NCBI RefSeq assembly: GCF_016433145.1
Contig: NC_058133.1
Coordinates: 168,158,481 to 168,222,480, forward strand
Direction: 5' to 3'
DNA: 64,000 bases
Origin: Gracilinanus agilis
Lineage: Eukaryota
Every line of letters begins with the position of its first letter. The stretch's first letter is position 1. Made by a program: the position numbers and the translations under genes. The notes beneath the pieces were generated by a model, which saw nothing but the letters and a program-made list of their open reading frames with translations, did no database searches and was not told the origin of the DNA. Shown here in pieces: positions 34,300-46,649 of this stretch.

Positions 34300-34591
34300 G
34301 AGTCCTTGTTTCCGCTTGCTTGTCCCTTTTTCCCCTCCCTACAGAGTTGGAGTGGTGGAGCCCCGGCTGAGTTCCGGTTCCGGTCCTGGCGGCGGGCGGG
34401 AGGGTGTTGAGTTGGGAGTGAGCTCCCTATCTGCTGGGGCCCGCTCCCTCCTCCGCGTTGCCTAGGATGGTACCGCCCAGGGGCCTGCGCTGGCCCTGAT
34501 CCCCCCCTCTGGGAGATGGTGCAGGCCGGGGGCCCCTCGCCCCCCCGCCGCCGCTCCGGCGGCCACCGCCGCTGACCCGCGCCCCCGCCCC
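34300..34591 (+). promoter_or_regulatory. PYGO2 CpG-island promoter and 5' leader
   Basis: GC-rich, with tandem TTCCGG ETS-like sites around 34370-34385 and GC boxes, immediately upstream of the PYGO2 ATG. Confidence 0.75.
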
Positions 34592-37500
34592 ATGGCCGCC
34601 GCGGCGCCGCCCCCCCCTGACAAGCTGGAGGGAGGAGGCGGCCCCGCTGCGCCGCCAGCGCCGCCCAGCACCGGGAGGAAGCAGGGCAAAGCCGGTGAGA
34701 GCGGGGTGGGGGGGGGGCCGAAGGCTGGGACTTATACGGATACGGAGGGGGCCCAGGCTGAGGAGCCCGGGGTGGGGCTGGGGGTCTAAGAGAGAAGATT
34801 AGAGCAATAGGAGGGGACGTAGGTAGAGTAACCTGAGATGGGAGGGAGGGTGGGTAAATGGGTCTCGGGTAAAGGGATAGGAGGGGGTCAGGTAGAGGAG
34901 CCTGGGGTGGAAGGGGCTTAGGCTAAGAGCTTTAAAGTTTAATGGGTATTCCAGGCTGAGTTATGGGTCTCTCAGGTTATAGGGTCTAGGATTTTTAAGG
35001 TCTAAGGCTGAGTGATCTGAGGTCTCCAGGTTGAAGACGAGTGTATGATAGCAGACGTAAAAATCTTAGGTTTGAAAGTCTTGCAGGGCATTGGCTCAAG
35101 GATGATTTGGGTTTAAGGGTAGAAGTTACTGACTGAAAGATCAGAAGTTAGGGAAAGGGTTTTGGACTGAGAAATCAGGCTTGACGGACTCACAGCTTGA
35201 GGCATTATAGTTGCATTATATAGTTGCACAGAAGGCATTATAAGTTGACTTATGTTAAGAGTTAGGGGATTCATAGACTGAGAAGGGATTATTTTTTGTA
35301 ATGTCTAATGGAGGACACAACATGTAAATAATCAGGTATATACAAAGTAGATGGGAAGTAATCTGAAAGGGTTAGCATTAGCAGCTGGGGGAACCAGGAA
35401 AGACCTCCTACAGAAGATGGGCTTTGAGCTGGGGTTTTTTTTTTTTTTTTTGGTTTTTTCTTTTTTTAATTTTCAGTTCCAGTTATTTTCCTCCACTCCC
35501 TCCCCCAACCATTGAAAAGGCAGGAAATATGATATCCATGTGAAATCAAGCAGACCATATTTCCACATTAGCTGTGTTTGGGGATGCCCGGGGTGGGCAG
35601 TTGAGAGCAAGAAAAATAAAGTGAAAAATGTATTTCAATCTGCACTCAGAGTTTATCAGTTCTCTCTGGAAGGGGATAGAATTTTTCATCACAGTCAGGG
35701 ATCATTATCCTAATTTGAGTAGCTGTCTTTCACAGTTGATCATCATTACAATATTGTTACTGTGTTATAGTATTCTTCAGGTTCTGTTCACTTTTCTCTA
35801 TCAGTTCAAGTAAGTCTTCCCAGGATTTTCAAAAACCATTCTGCTCATCAATTCTTATGGCACAATAATATTTCATTACAATCATATGCCACAACTTGTT
35901 AAGGCATTCCCTCAATTTCCAATTCTTTGCCATCACAAAAAGAACTGCTATAAATATTTTTGTACAAATAGGTCTTTTTCCTTTGATCTCTTTGGAGTAA
36001 ACAGACCTAGCAGTGCTTTTGCGGAGTCAGAGATTGTGAAGGTTTTATAACCTTTGGTCATAGTTCCGAATTGTTCTCCAGAATGGTTGGACTGGTTCAC
36101 AACTCCACCAGCAATGTATTAGTGCCCCTGCCCCTGTTTTTTCCACATTCCCTCCAGCATTTGTTATTTTACATTTTTGCAATAAGGTGGTTCCTCGGGG
36201 GTTTTAAAAATTTGTATTTATCTAATCAGTAGTAATTTAGAGAATTTTTTTTCATGTCACTATAGCTTTGATTTCTTCTGAAAACTGCCTGTTCTTATCC
36301 TTTGACAACTTATTAATTGGGGATTTGTTGAGCTGAGTCTCAAGGTAGTCAAGGAAAATGAGAAGAGGTGAGGGAACAGAACATTTCAAGGGACAGGATA
36401 ATCAATGGTCACTGATCATCGGAAATTTATAGGAGTTGTTACTTCTCTCTGCATGAAGAAAACAGAGGATGGGCTGGCCAAGGGTCCAGCAGGATTTCTA
36501 AGAATTGGAGTTGGCCTACTTCTAAAGTTGAGGGAGGTCCTTGATTAGGATCAGTTGCCAGGCTCTTAGAGAACTCTAGCCAGATCCTTCATCTGAGAAA
36601 GTTGGGTCTGAAGCCCTCATACATCCTTTAAAACCCAGACTTAAGTCTGAAATATTCCTCCTCATCCTTTCTTCCCTTTCGTTCTTCAGCCTAGGATCCC
36701 ATTTTGAATGAAAGGTGAGAAAAGAGCAAGCTTGTGTTAGGAGCAGTCCATAGATCCTATAGCATTGAGGGAAGAAACTTAGATATGGAGGTGACAGAGG
36801 AGGATTTGGTGCCTCTAGGCACAGTTTTGGGGTAGATGGCTTGGGAGACTAGATTACCTCTATCATGGAGACTTCTCAATTATTCTTTTCCTTCCCCCAG
36901 GTCTGCAAATGAAGAGCCCAGAAAAGAAGCGACGCAAGTCAAATACCCAGGTGAATGTTGTGTACTAGGTGGGGTGGCTTTTTCTCATTAGACTAAGGGC
37001 TTCCATGATCCTGGTTCTCATGTACCTATCCTACTTACAAACTTTAGTGTGTCCATCTATTCTTTGGACTACATATAAGAAGAGAAGAGGTGATAGAGTT
37101 GGAGTTGTTTTACCCCTTCTTGGTCCATTCACTACCCCTTTGATTCTCCCTTGAAGGGGGTTGGATTTGATTATCCCAAAGGCCCCTTCTAGCTTTAAAT
37201 CCTTAAGAATGGATGAGCTAAGAGACATGGTTTGACGGAAGGTTTCTCTTTTTGGTCAGGCTTTGTCATCACCTTTGTTCATTTCCTATCTACCAGATTT
37301 TCTCTTGTTCCAGCAGTCCCCTGGTCCCTTCTAGTGTAAGTGTATTATTGTATTTCTGGATCTCCCTTCCTATTCTCCAGGTGTTTGGTTTCCTCTTTTC
37401 TTTCACCTGTAACCCGTCCCCTTCTTTGTCCTTCCCCTTCCCAGGGCCCTGCATACTCACACCTGACGGAGTTTGCACCACCCCCGACCCCCATGGTGGA

Positions 37501-38512
37501 TCACCTGGTGGCATCTAACCCATTTGAGGATGACTTTGGGGCCCCCAAGGTTGGGGGGGCAGCTCCTCCATTCCTTGGCAGTCCTGTGCCCTTTGGCGGA
37601 TTCCGTGTGCAAGGGGGCATGGCAGGCCAGGTGCCCCCAGGCTATGGGGGTGGGGGAGGAGGCGGGCCACAACCTCTTCGAAGACAGCCTCCTCCTTTCC
37701 CTCCCAATCCAATGGGCCCTGCCTTCAATATGCCCCCTCAGGGCCCTGGGTACCCACCTCCAGGTAACATGAACTTCCCCAGCCAGCCTTTTAACCAACC
37801 CTTGGGCCAGAACTTTAGCCCTCCTGGGGGACAAATGATGCCAGGCCCTGTGGGGGGATTTGGACCCATGATTTCACCTTCTATGGGGCAGCCACCCAGA
37901 GGGGAGCTGGGCCCTCCTTCCCTTCCCCAGCGCTTTGCCCAGCCAGGTGCTCCCTTTGGGCCCTCACCTCTTCAGCGACCTGGTCAAGGGCTCCCAAGTC
38001 TGCCTCCCAACACGAGCCCCTTTCCTGGTCCTGATCCTGGCTTCCCTGGCCCTGGAGGAGAGGATGGAGGAAAGCCCCTAAACCCTCCTGCAGCGACTGC
38101 CTTCCCTCAGGAGCCTCATTCGGGCTCACCTGCTGCTGCTGTCAATGGCAACCAGCCCAGTTTTCCTCAGAACAGTGGTGGTCGGGGTGGGGGAACCCCA
38201 GATGCCAATAGTTTGGCACCCTCAAATAAGACAGGTGGAGCATCTGGGCACCAGCCTCCTCCAGGCTTGGTGTACCCATGTGGGGCATGCCGAAGTGAGG
38301 TGAATGATGACCAGGACGCCATTTTGTGTGAGGCATCATGTCAGAAGTGGTTCCATCGAGAGTGTACTGGCATGACAGAGAATGCCTATGGGCTCCTGAC
38401 CACTGAAGCTTCAGCTGTTTGGGCCTGTGATTTCTGCCTGAAGACCAAGGAGATCCAATCAGTCTACATCCGAGAAGGCATGGGGCAACTAGTGGCTGCC
38501 AATGATGGGTGA
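34592..38512 (+). CDS. PYGO2: Pygopus homolog 2, 406 aa
   Basis: Exons 34592-34694 (103 nt), 36901-36950 (50), 37445-38512 (1068), total 1221 nt. NLS KKRRK, NPF motif ASNPFEDDF and C-terminal PHD finger (CGACRSEV...CEASCQKWFHRECTG...WACDFC). Confidence 0.98.
35440..36310 (-). mobile_element. L1-like 3' end
   Basis: Poly(T) head and the same repeat family as 30050-30880. Confidence 0.55.
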
Positions 38513-40999
38513 ATTTGGGAACAGTTGATATGGGACCAAGCAATCTCCTTGAGGACCATGGACCTTTCTCCTCTTGTGGCTCTTGGTCCCAACTCCCCAT
38601 TCAGACTGGGAGAAGGCTTAGTGACTCCTAGGAATGAGAGAAGGGATTTTTTGGGAAGAATGCCTAGAACCTGCCCATGAAGGGCTGAGAAAGAATCCTC
38701 TGGGAGGTCAAAGCCCTATTGAGCAGTGCCATTCTCTGTTTCTACAAGGTAACTTAAGAGGAAATGCTAGAGGGGTAGGATATGAGTGAACATTATTGGT
38801 TGGGGGCTGCATTTCTTTGCTAGTGCCAAATAACTTCTAGCACCTGCCCCTAACACTTCTAACCAGCTTCACTCTGACAGACTCTTGAATGGTTTTTACC
38901 TCTGACCAGAGGTAGCTGTCAGGGTTTTTTCCCATTCCTTCAGCGACCTACCATGGAATCTTAGCCCAGTGCAGAAGACAGTATTAGACATTGAGTGAAA
39001 CCAGTTGGTAGGGGTCATCCATTCTTCCTAACTATTCTCTTTCCACTGGCTTCCCTCCTCTGGAACCAAATGGCTTTGAGGAAACCAGATGAAGGTCTGA
39101 ATCATAGCAGATTTCTGGAGATTTTTGGTGGTGGCAAGATCAGAATGGTTGAGAGATGATGTTCTTGAGACAATCCCCTCCTCATACCACAGCTACAGGT
39201 CCCTCCCTCCCCAGCTTCAGTTTAATCATTACTTGATCTATGTCATGCTTCTTCAATTCCAACACTTTATACATCTGTTACATATTATCTTAAACCACTT
39301 TTTTCCAAATCTGCCCTTTTGCCAATAGTTCCTGTGTCTTTGCTGTGCTGAGAGCCCAAGGAAAAAAAAAAGAAACCCTAACAATTTCCACTCCTCAGCC
39401 ATTTATTTCAGATGTTCTTATAGGACAAAAGTGAAGGTTTTATCTTGCCCCTGAATGGGCAGGTCCCAGTCCTGGGACCCTTAATGGGGAGGATATGTGG
39501 GAAAATTGGATACTTTTACTTTTCACTCCCCAGCCCTTCAGTATCTCCCAAGATTTAATGGTTCCGCAGTTTAAAATCTGTTTTCTCATCAGTCTCTTTA
39601 ACAGTGTATTTTCTCTTCTGCCAGAGCCACTTGTTGAGGCAAATAACTGCCCAGCATAGAGTCTCTGTTTAGGCCATTCTGCTTCTGACATATGGGGATG
39701 CCCGCCTTTTCTCTCCACTCAAGTGAAAATATCAGCTCACATATCAGTTCCCTGTTAGTGATTTGGGTTAGGTTTAGTCATCTGGAAGGAATTAGTAGCC
39801 TCTAGCTGTGGGTACTCACTCTTTTAATTGAGGAGGGAATGATGGGAAAGAGCCAAAATATTTTTTCCCCCTGTTCCTTAACCAGCTGCTCTGCTCTGGT
39901 CCTTTCTTTAGCCAGGCACCTCAGCAGCTTTCCCAAGTTCCAGAGCACTTGGATAAGATAAGATAAGATTCCAGGGCAAAGGGACTGGACATCTGAGTTT
40001 CCTGTCTGTTAAACTAATACCTGAAGTTCTTAATTCCTGAAGAGAGTGGACCCTGTGTTCCCCTCCTTCTGCCCCTGGGGGGAAAAGACCATGAGAAATA
40101 AACTGAGCACAGATGGATGGACAGCCACACTATTAAATTTTGTGTTGTTTTTGATTTGCCTCTGGTGTCCCCATTATCTATTACTATTTTTGTGCATTTC
40201 CTCTCCCTGTTTTCTTTCCCCTGTTTTGTAAAGTATGGCCCTCTCCATCTACAAATAGGATGGAATGGGCAGAGGTGGTTTGGCATAATGGGGCCTTTGA
40301 ACTTTTTGTATGGTTGGATTTATAAAGCAACTTGAAAAATCTTGTTGGATCCTGAGTTGTGTTTGGGAGAGTATTGGGTGGGGTGTCTATTAATACCTCC
40401 AACCTCATAGAGGCCCCAGAACTTCTTGATGACTCCTCTGTGTGTTTGTCCACTCTCCTACCTTGCTGGATTAGAATGTGAAAATGAACTAATTTTTCGG
40501 AGTTCCCACTGGTTGGGTGTCTGTACTAGCTGTGGAAAGTGAGACAGTAAGAGTGAGTGTGTAAACTGGGGGGCAGGACAGTTTGAGAAGGAGAGCATGT
40601 TAAGTACTGGAGGGTTGTAGTGAACTCTGCGGGGCATCCAAGCCTGGCCTGGTCGTGAGAAATGGGCTGCGAGATTCCTTTCTGGGCCCATTCCTGGGGC
40701 TGGGCCTTAAGCCAGGGCTTTGACGCCGAAGCTGGGGGAGGGGGGCGGCAGCAGGAGGCACCCTGGCTGCCGTTTGGGTCCAGTAGTTTTAGAAGAGGGG
40801 GTGGGGTCAGGAGGAGCGTGAGCTTCCTCCGCCCCTTGGGCCACAGCTGCTCATGTCCATCCCAAACACAGCCTCATGGCCCCGGCTTGGATTTAGGTTA
40901 TGGAAGGGGTGCTGTGGGGGTGGGGAGTCCCTGAGACTGGCTCTGGGACTTCCTCCTGGTGCCAACCTGAGAGCCCAAGCCCCGGCCTCACCATCGCAC

Positions 41000-41159
41000 C
41001 TCGCTCTCCCATTGGTCCGAAGTTTTTCTCCCAGCCGGGGAGCAGCTTTCCCATTGGTCCTAGGAGTGTCACGTGCCCCGCCCTCTAGGAGAAGTCGGAA
41101 ACCAGGGGATTCTGGAACAAGTTGAGTTGAAGACCTAGCCAAGCCCGGAGCTGAATCAG
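41000..41159 (+). promoter_or_regulatory. PBXIP1 promoter and non-coding exon 1
   Basis: CpG-rich. Two CCCATTGGTCC copies (41008, 41050), GTCACGTG E-box 41068-41075, GC box 41076-41083 and donor CAG|GTAATG at 41159/41160. Confidence 0.7.
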
Positions 41160-41544
41160 GTAATGTCCCCCGGGGTGGGAAGTGAGGGTTAGGAGGGAAT
41201 GGGACACCTGGGGGCATCTGCTACCCCATTGGGACAGTCGGTTCTACTCGAAATTCCTTCAACTCTTCCCAACCCCCCTTCCCCATGGGTGGGGTGGAGT
41301 GTGAGGAGCCCGCCAGGCCTGAGATGGAGAGATTGACAGGCATGACTAGTGAAACTGCCCATCTCAGCCTAGGAAAGCCAGGAGCGCCGCCTCGGGTATT
41401 TGAGCAGTTTCTTTGCCTGCAAAGGAGTGGGGAAACAGATTTGAGGAGGTCTCATGGCCTCTGCCACCCCTCCCTAAAGAGATGATCTGGGGTGAAGTGA
41501 CTAGAATGCTGGACCAAAAGCATTCAGAAAAACCTGTGCTCAAG

Positions 41545-41720
41545 TTATGTCTCAGACAAGTCAACTGTGACTTGACCCTAGCTGGGTAAGTCACTTCACT
41601 AATCTCTGCCTCACTGTCCTCATTTGTAAAGTAGGGATAGTACAAAATAGGCATTTATCTCTTGAGGATTGCCTGGGGTCTGAAATAGACAATATTTCTA
41701 AAGCACTTGATAAAATTTGA
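41545..41720 (+). mobile_element. MIR
   Basis: GGTAAGTCACTTCAC...CCTCATTTGTAAAGTAGGG...AAGCACTT. Confidence 0.6.
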
Positions 41721-41952
41721 AAAGCACTGTGTATGAGTATACACACACAAAAAAACACAATAATTATGAATCCGAAGGAAGGAAGAAAATGGGGTTTCTT
41801 GTCAGGTACATGTTGGCCCAGATTACTTCTTAGCTTTATTTCATTTTATCTTCACTATAATTGAGTGAGGTTAGTGCAACAAAGTATTGTTATTCTTATT
41901 TTACTGATGAAGAAACTGAGATTCAGAAGTTTCTTCCCCCCACCCCACAGAA

Positions 41953-42159
41953 CAGGGGTCAGCAACCTTTTTGGCTGTGAGAGCCATAAATGCCACATTT
42001 TTTAAAATGTAATATTGTGAGAGCCATGCAGTGTTCACAGTGCACGCTCCTGTAACAGCGCCTGAAAAAAAATTGACTTTATGGCTCCTGCAGAAAGAGC
42101 CACATCTTGCCCTCAAAAGAGCCAGATATGACTCGAGAGCCATACGTTGCTGACCCCTG
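41953..42159 (+). mobile_element. hAT-superfamily MITE, copy 2 (207 bp, longest)
   Basis: Perfect 14-bp TIR CAGGGGTCAGCAAC...GTTGCTGACCCCTG and perfect 8-bp TSD CCACAGAA (41945-41952, 42160-42167). Confidence 0.95.
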
Positions 42160-43090
42160 CCACAGAAGCTCTAACATATGACATTTGAACATAGGCCTTT
42201 CCAACTTCAAGTCCATTTCTCTTTGCATTTATACCATGCTGCCTCAGAGATTAGACTGAAGAAGAAACTTAAATCATGGGATTTGAAGCTCTGAGGGACC
42301 TTATAGATTTTACAGATGAAGAAACAGATCTAAATAGGGGAAGGGACTTTTCCTAAGGATGCTGGCACAGATGGGAACCCTAGGGACCCCAAAAGGCTAT
42401 TCTAAGATATGTCAAGGTCTTGGGAACCCAGGATGCTTGGGCAGGAACCGTTCTCTTGGCTCCATCTCCCCAGGGTGGGAGAGAATGTCTTGATGACCTA
42501 AATACTAGTTCTTATCCCCATGGTGACAATAGGTCTGACATCATCTTGGTTGCCATGGTGGCCATAGCTGGGGGACTTGAGCATGCTGTACCAGAATGAG
42601 GGGTAAACAGAGACTTCACCAGTCTGTTTCCATTTCCTTCCTGTTACTGGCTGTTAACAGTCTTACCTAGTAACCAAGAGGCCTGTGATAGCTGGCTGCT
42701 ATATAGAAAAGAGCCGTGAGATGGAAGAGAGAGGGCTTCCATTCACAAAATGTTTGATATACCGCTATGCAAAATTCTTTGTGGTACTAGAGAGATACAA
42801 AAGTCAGATAAAACCCCTGCCTTAAGTCAGGGAATAGGGCACATGACATGGATTATTTTGTATTGTAGTACTTGTGTAAGTACAACAAAGGGATCAGCAA
42901 ATTGCTATGTGAAATCTGGGGAGGTGGGAGGAAAGAGGCATTGGAGAAGGTTTTTATGGAAGAGATGACATTTGAGCTGGACTTAAAGTAGGGTTTCAGT
43001 AGGTAGGCAGAGATGGGAAAGGGTGGTGGCAGTAGGGACATAAGGAACATTATATAGGCATTTTCTCGAAGGAAAGAAAGAAAAGGCCTA

Positions 43091-43296
43091 GAGGTAGCTA
43101 GATAGCTCAGTGGATAGAGAGCCAGGCCTGGAAATGGAAGGTCCTGGGTTCAAATTTGGACTAGAAAACATCCTAGCTGGGTGATCCTGGGCAAGGCACT
43201 TAACCCCCATTGCCTAGCCCTTACAGCTCTTCTGTTTTAAAACCTATACTTAGTATTGATTCTAAGACAGAAGGTGAATGTTTTTGAAAAAAAAAA
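43091..43296 (+). mobile_element. SINE1-like SINE
   Basis: Head, GGTTCAAAT box, CORE-like segment and A tail. Confidence 0.8.
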
Positions 43297-43439
43297 GGAT
43301 AGTACAGTTAGGACAGACTTTGTGAAGTAAGAGTCAGTAGGATTTCAGTGGAAGGAAAGAGGAAAAGGATAGAGAAGAGACAAAGTTACAACTTGAGTTT
43401 TGAACATGGAAGATTTGGAGGGTAGTCTTCAGTAGAGTG

Positions 43440-44320
43440 CCCCAGCAATCCATCCCTGCCTATATGCTAAACAGCATTTTTATCAGTGACCTGGACAGTG
43501 GCATAAATGGTAAGCTTCCCGAAGAAGAACTGGGAAATAATAGTAAGTACAAAGGTGACAGAATCAGGAACCAAAGGATTTGGGACAGATCAGAAGGATA
43601 TGCTAAATCTATGATGATAGAATTTAACATGGATAAATGTTAAGACTTACCTGGGCTAAAAAACATCAACTTCACAAGTGTACCATAGATAGAGTTTTTT
43701 TACCTAATCAACAATTAATAAGAACTGGAGATTTTAGGGGTAGGGAAGGGGATTAGCATTTACATAGCCCCCACTATGTGCCAGGCACTGTGCTAAGTGC
43801 TTTACAAATATTTGGAGGACTATAAACTCAGTATGAGTCAATAGTATCATGTGGCAGTCAAAAAAAAACCTAACCTGAATTTAGGCTGAATTAATGGAAA
43901 TAATAGTGTTCAGATGAGAGAGGTGATAGTCCTGTTCTACTCTGCCCCATTGGACCATATCTGGACTTGATGTTCATTTCTGGTACTGAATTGAAAAAGG
44001 AACATGGGGGTAGCTAGGTAGCACAGTAGTTAGAATGTCATGCCAGGCCTGGAGTGGCCCTTAATTCAAATCTAGCCCTAGATTCTTCCTAGCTGTGTGT
44101 CCCTGGCCACATCATGTAATCCAAATTGCCTATCTCTTATTGCTCTTTTGTCTTGTAAAGGATCAATTCTAAGACAGAAGGAAAGAGGTTTTTTTGGTTT
44201 GTTTTTTTGTTTTTAAAGGAAAAAGGAACATGACAAATTGGAGTATGGGCATCCAAGAGAGGGTGGTAAGAGTATAAGACCCATATCATAGGAGGATTAT
44301 GCCTTGACCAATACTTCATT
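43440..44320 (+). mobile_element. CR1/L3 LINE ORF2 remnant
   Basis: Translation IFISDLDSGINGKL...DRIRNQRIWDRSEGYAKSMMIEFNMDKC resembles the CR1 RT C-terminal motif (INDLD...FNxDKC). Interrupted by a MIR-like piece and a SINE. Confidence 0.7.
44007..44219 (+). mobile_element. SINE1-like SINE inserted in CR1/L3
   Basis: 13-bp TSD AAAAAGGAACATG (43994-44006, 44220-44232). Confidence 0.8.
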
Positions 44321-44523
44321 GATGGGTTAATTGGTCAGATAGCCAGAGAGAGAGTTCTGGAGTTCCAGAGAGAAATCAGGAATAGCAGGGGGGAGGTTAG
44401 GGAGGCATTTTTATAATAGCAGAAATCATAGCAACCATTGTGACTGGTACTCAGTGTAGAGAAAAAAAGAGAAGACTGGATCATGGTGTTAGAGATCACC
44501 CACCTTGAAGGGTAGATCTAAAG

Positions 44524-44896
44524 CAGTGATTCCCAAAATGGGCGCTACCGCACCCTTGGGGGGGGGGCAGTGATGGCCACAGGTACATTTATCTTTCCTA
44601 TTAATTGCTATTAAAATTTTTAAAAATTGGGGCAGCTGGGTAGCTCAGTGGATTGAGAGTCAGGCCTAGAGACAGGAGGTCCTGGGTTTAAATCTGACCT
44701 CAGACACTTCCTAGTGTGTGACCCTGGGCAAGTCACTTGACCCCCCCATTGCCTAGCCCTTACCACTCTTCCACCAAGGAGCCAATACACAGAAGTTAAG
44801 GGTTTAAAAAAAATTTTTTTTAATTAATTTCCAGGGGGCTAAGTAATATTTTTTCTGGAAAGGGGGTGATAGGCCAAAAAAGTTTGGGAACCACTG
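44524..44896. mobile_element. hAT-Charlie-type MITE interrupted by a SINE
   Basis: TIRs CAGTGATTCCCAAA / TTTGGGAACCACTG (1 mismatch). TSD ATCTAAAG/GTCTAAAG fits the Charlie-type NTCTARAN target. Confidence 0.85.
44628..44812 (+). mobile_element. SINE1_Mdo-like SINE (short-tail variant) nested in the Charlie MITE
   Basis: GGGGCAGCTGGGTAGCTCAGTGG head, B-box-like GGTTTAAATC, CORE-like GTGTGACCCTGGGCAAGTCAC and A tail. Confidence 0.85.
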
Positions 44897-45120
44897 GTCT
44901 AAAGGAAGGAGCCCTATGGAATTGGGATAGTTAGGAGAAAAAAACAGAAGGATGGAATGTTTGAAACAGAGAAGCAAGAGTATTTAATAGCAAGGGAATA
45001 GTTTCAAAAACTGCAGAGAGGTCAAGAAGGATGTAGACTGAAAAGTTCATTGGATTTGGTCACTGGTGCCTAGAGAGAAGTTTCAGTGGTATGATGGCAG
45101 TGAAGAAAGAGTATGTGAAG

Positions 45121-45320
45121 GGGGCAACTGTGTAGCTCAGTGGATTGAGAGCCAGGCATAGAGACGGGAGGTCCTAGGTTTAAGTGTGACCTCAGTCACT
45201 TCCCAGCTTTGTGACCCTGGGCAAGTCACTTAACCCCCATTGCCTAGCCCTTACCACTCTTCTGCCTTGGAGCCAATACATAGTATTGACTCCAAGATGG
45301 AAGGTAAGGGTTTAAAAAAA
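45121..45320 (+). mobile_element. SINE1_Mdo-like SINE
   Basis: Full body and A tail. Confidence 0.88.
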
Positions 45321-45702
45321 AAGAATTCTGACAGTGAAAGGGTGATATTAAAAGAAAATTGGAAAGAAATGAGATAGTAGCAAGATAGCTTTGAAAGACT
45401 GAACAAAGGCTTTTTTTAGGGTTAGGAGGAACTATTTCTGTTTGTAGGCATATTGGAAAGAACCAGTGAAAAGGGAGAGATTGGAAATGCATGAAAAAGG
45501 TTATAATTGACTAAGCCAAGGCTTGGAGGAGGAGTGGGAAGGGAGAAAAATATAAGCACTGTAACTGAAGCAGATCCATAGATGTTTAGAGAAGCCAATC
45601 TGGATTCAATTATGAGAAATTCTAGCAACCTTTCATCTGTCTCTATGCAGGTCCTAAACCCACTCAGACATGGGGGAAGTGGTGTCAAAATCATCTATTC
45701 CT

Positions 45703-45897
45703 TTTTTTTAACTCTTACTTTCTGTTTTGGTATCAATTCTAAGAAAAATGCTAGGCTAGATAGAAAAGGGCTAGGCAAATGGGGTTAAGTGACTTGCCCA
45801 GGGTCACACAGATAGGAAGTATCTGAGGCCATATTTGAACCTAGGACCTCCCAACTTCAGGCTTGGTGCTCAATCCACTGTGCTACCTAGTAACCCC
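45703..45897 (-). mobile_element. SINE1-like SINE
   Basis: Reverse-complement body with poly(T). Confidence 0.8.
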
Positions 45898-45912
45898 CAA
45901 TTTACTACTCTT

Positions 45913-46111
45913 TTTATTATTATTATTATTATTTTAAACCCTTAACTTCTGTGCATTGACTTATAGGTGGAAGAGTGGTAAGGGTAGGCAATGGAGGTCA
46001 AGTGACTTGCCCAGGGTCACACAGCTGGGAAATATCTGAGGTCGGATTTGAACCTAGGACCTCCCGTCTCTAGGCCTGGCTCTCAATCCACTGACCTACC
46101 CAGCTGGCCCT
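45913..46111 (-). mobile_element. SINE1_Mdo-like SINE (short-tail variant)
   Basis: 14-bp TSD AATTTACTACTCTT (45899-45912, 46112-46125) and (TTA)n tail. Confidence 0.88.
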
Positions 46112-46649
46112 AATTTACTACTCTTAAAGATGAAATTTTGTTCCTTTGTTCCCTTTAGTGGAAAGTTTTTTCCTGGTGAAGTTGGTTTGGGGTGGGGGGG
46201 TGGGGGTCTTAAGAATCCTTAATGAGGCAGCCACTTCTTTTCCATGGATGTTGTTTCCATGGCATGAGTGCCAAAGATGGCACTCTGTATAGGCACCTGG
46301 CTGCCCTCCAGGACAAGTTCAAGGACTCAGGCAGAACTACTCCCCTCCCCCTCTGCCTGATGTCATTTTTCTCCATCCCCTGCCCCTCTGCCCAGCAGGT
46401 AATGGGAGTGAATTGGGGTTAGGTGGGTGGTTCACCGGCAGCAGAGGCCATTCCTCACTTCATCTGACCCTCTGCCCAGCAGCTCAATGGGAGCACTTCC
46501 TCCCTCCCCAGTGTGGGGTAAAGGGGGGTGGGGCACAGCACAAGGCCTGGGGTGGGGTGGGGGTAGGGGTGAGGCCCCAGCACTCCAGCTCTAAAAGGTT
46601 TGCTATCATTCCCCTAGGGATGTTCCCCAAGCTGTGTCCCTTGCTATCG

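Noticed and set aside
37457-38600. Minus-strand ORFs of 125 and 152 aa over PYGO2
   Set aside because: Antisense shadows of Pro/Gly-rich coding sequence.
41901-42143. Similar short ORFs at 13028-13234, 41901-42143 and 46484-46735 (LKNVAFMALTAKKVA) suggesting a small gene family
   Set aside because: They are chance translations of the same non-coding hAT MITE.
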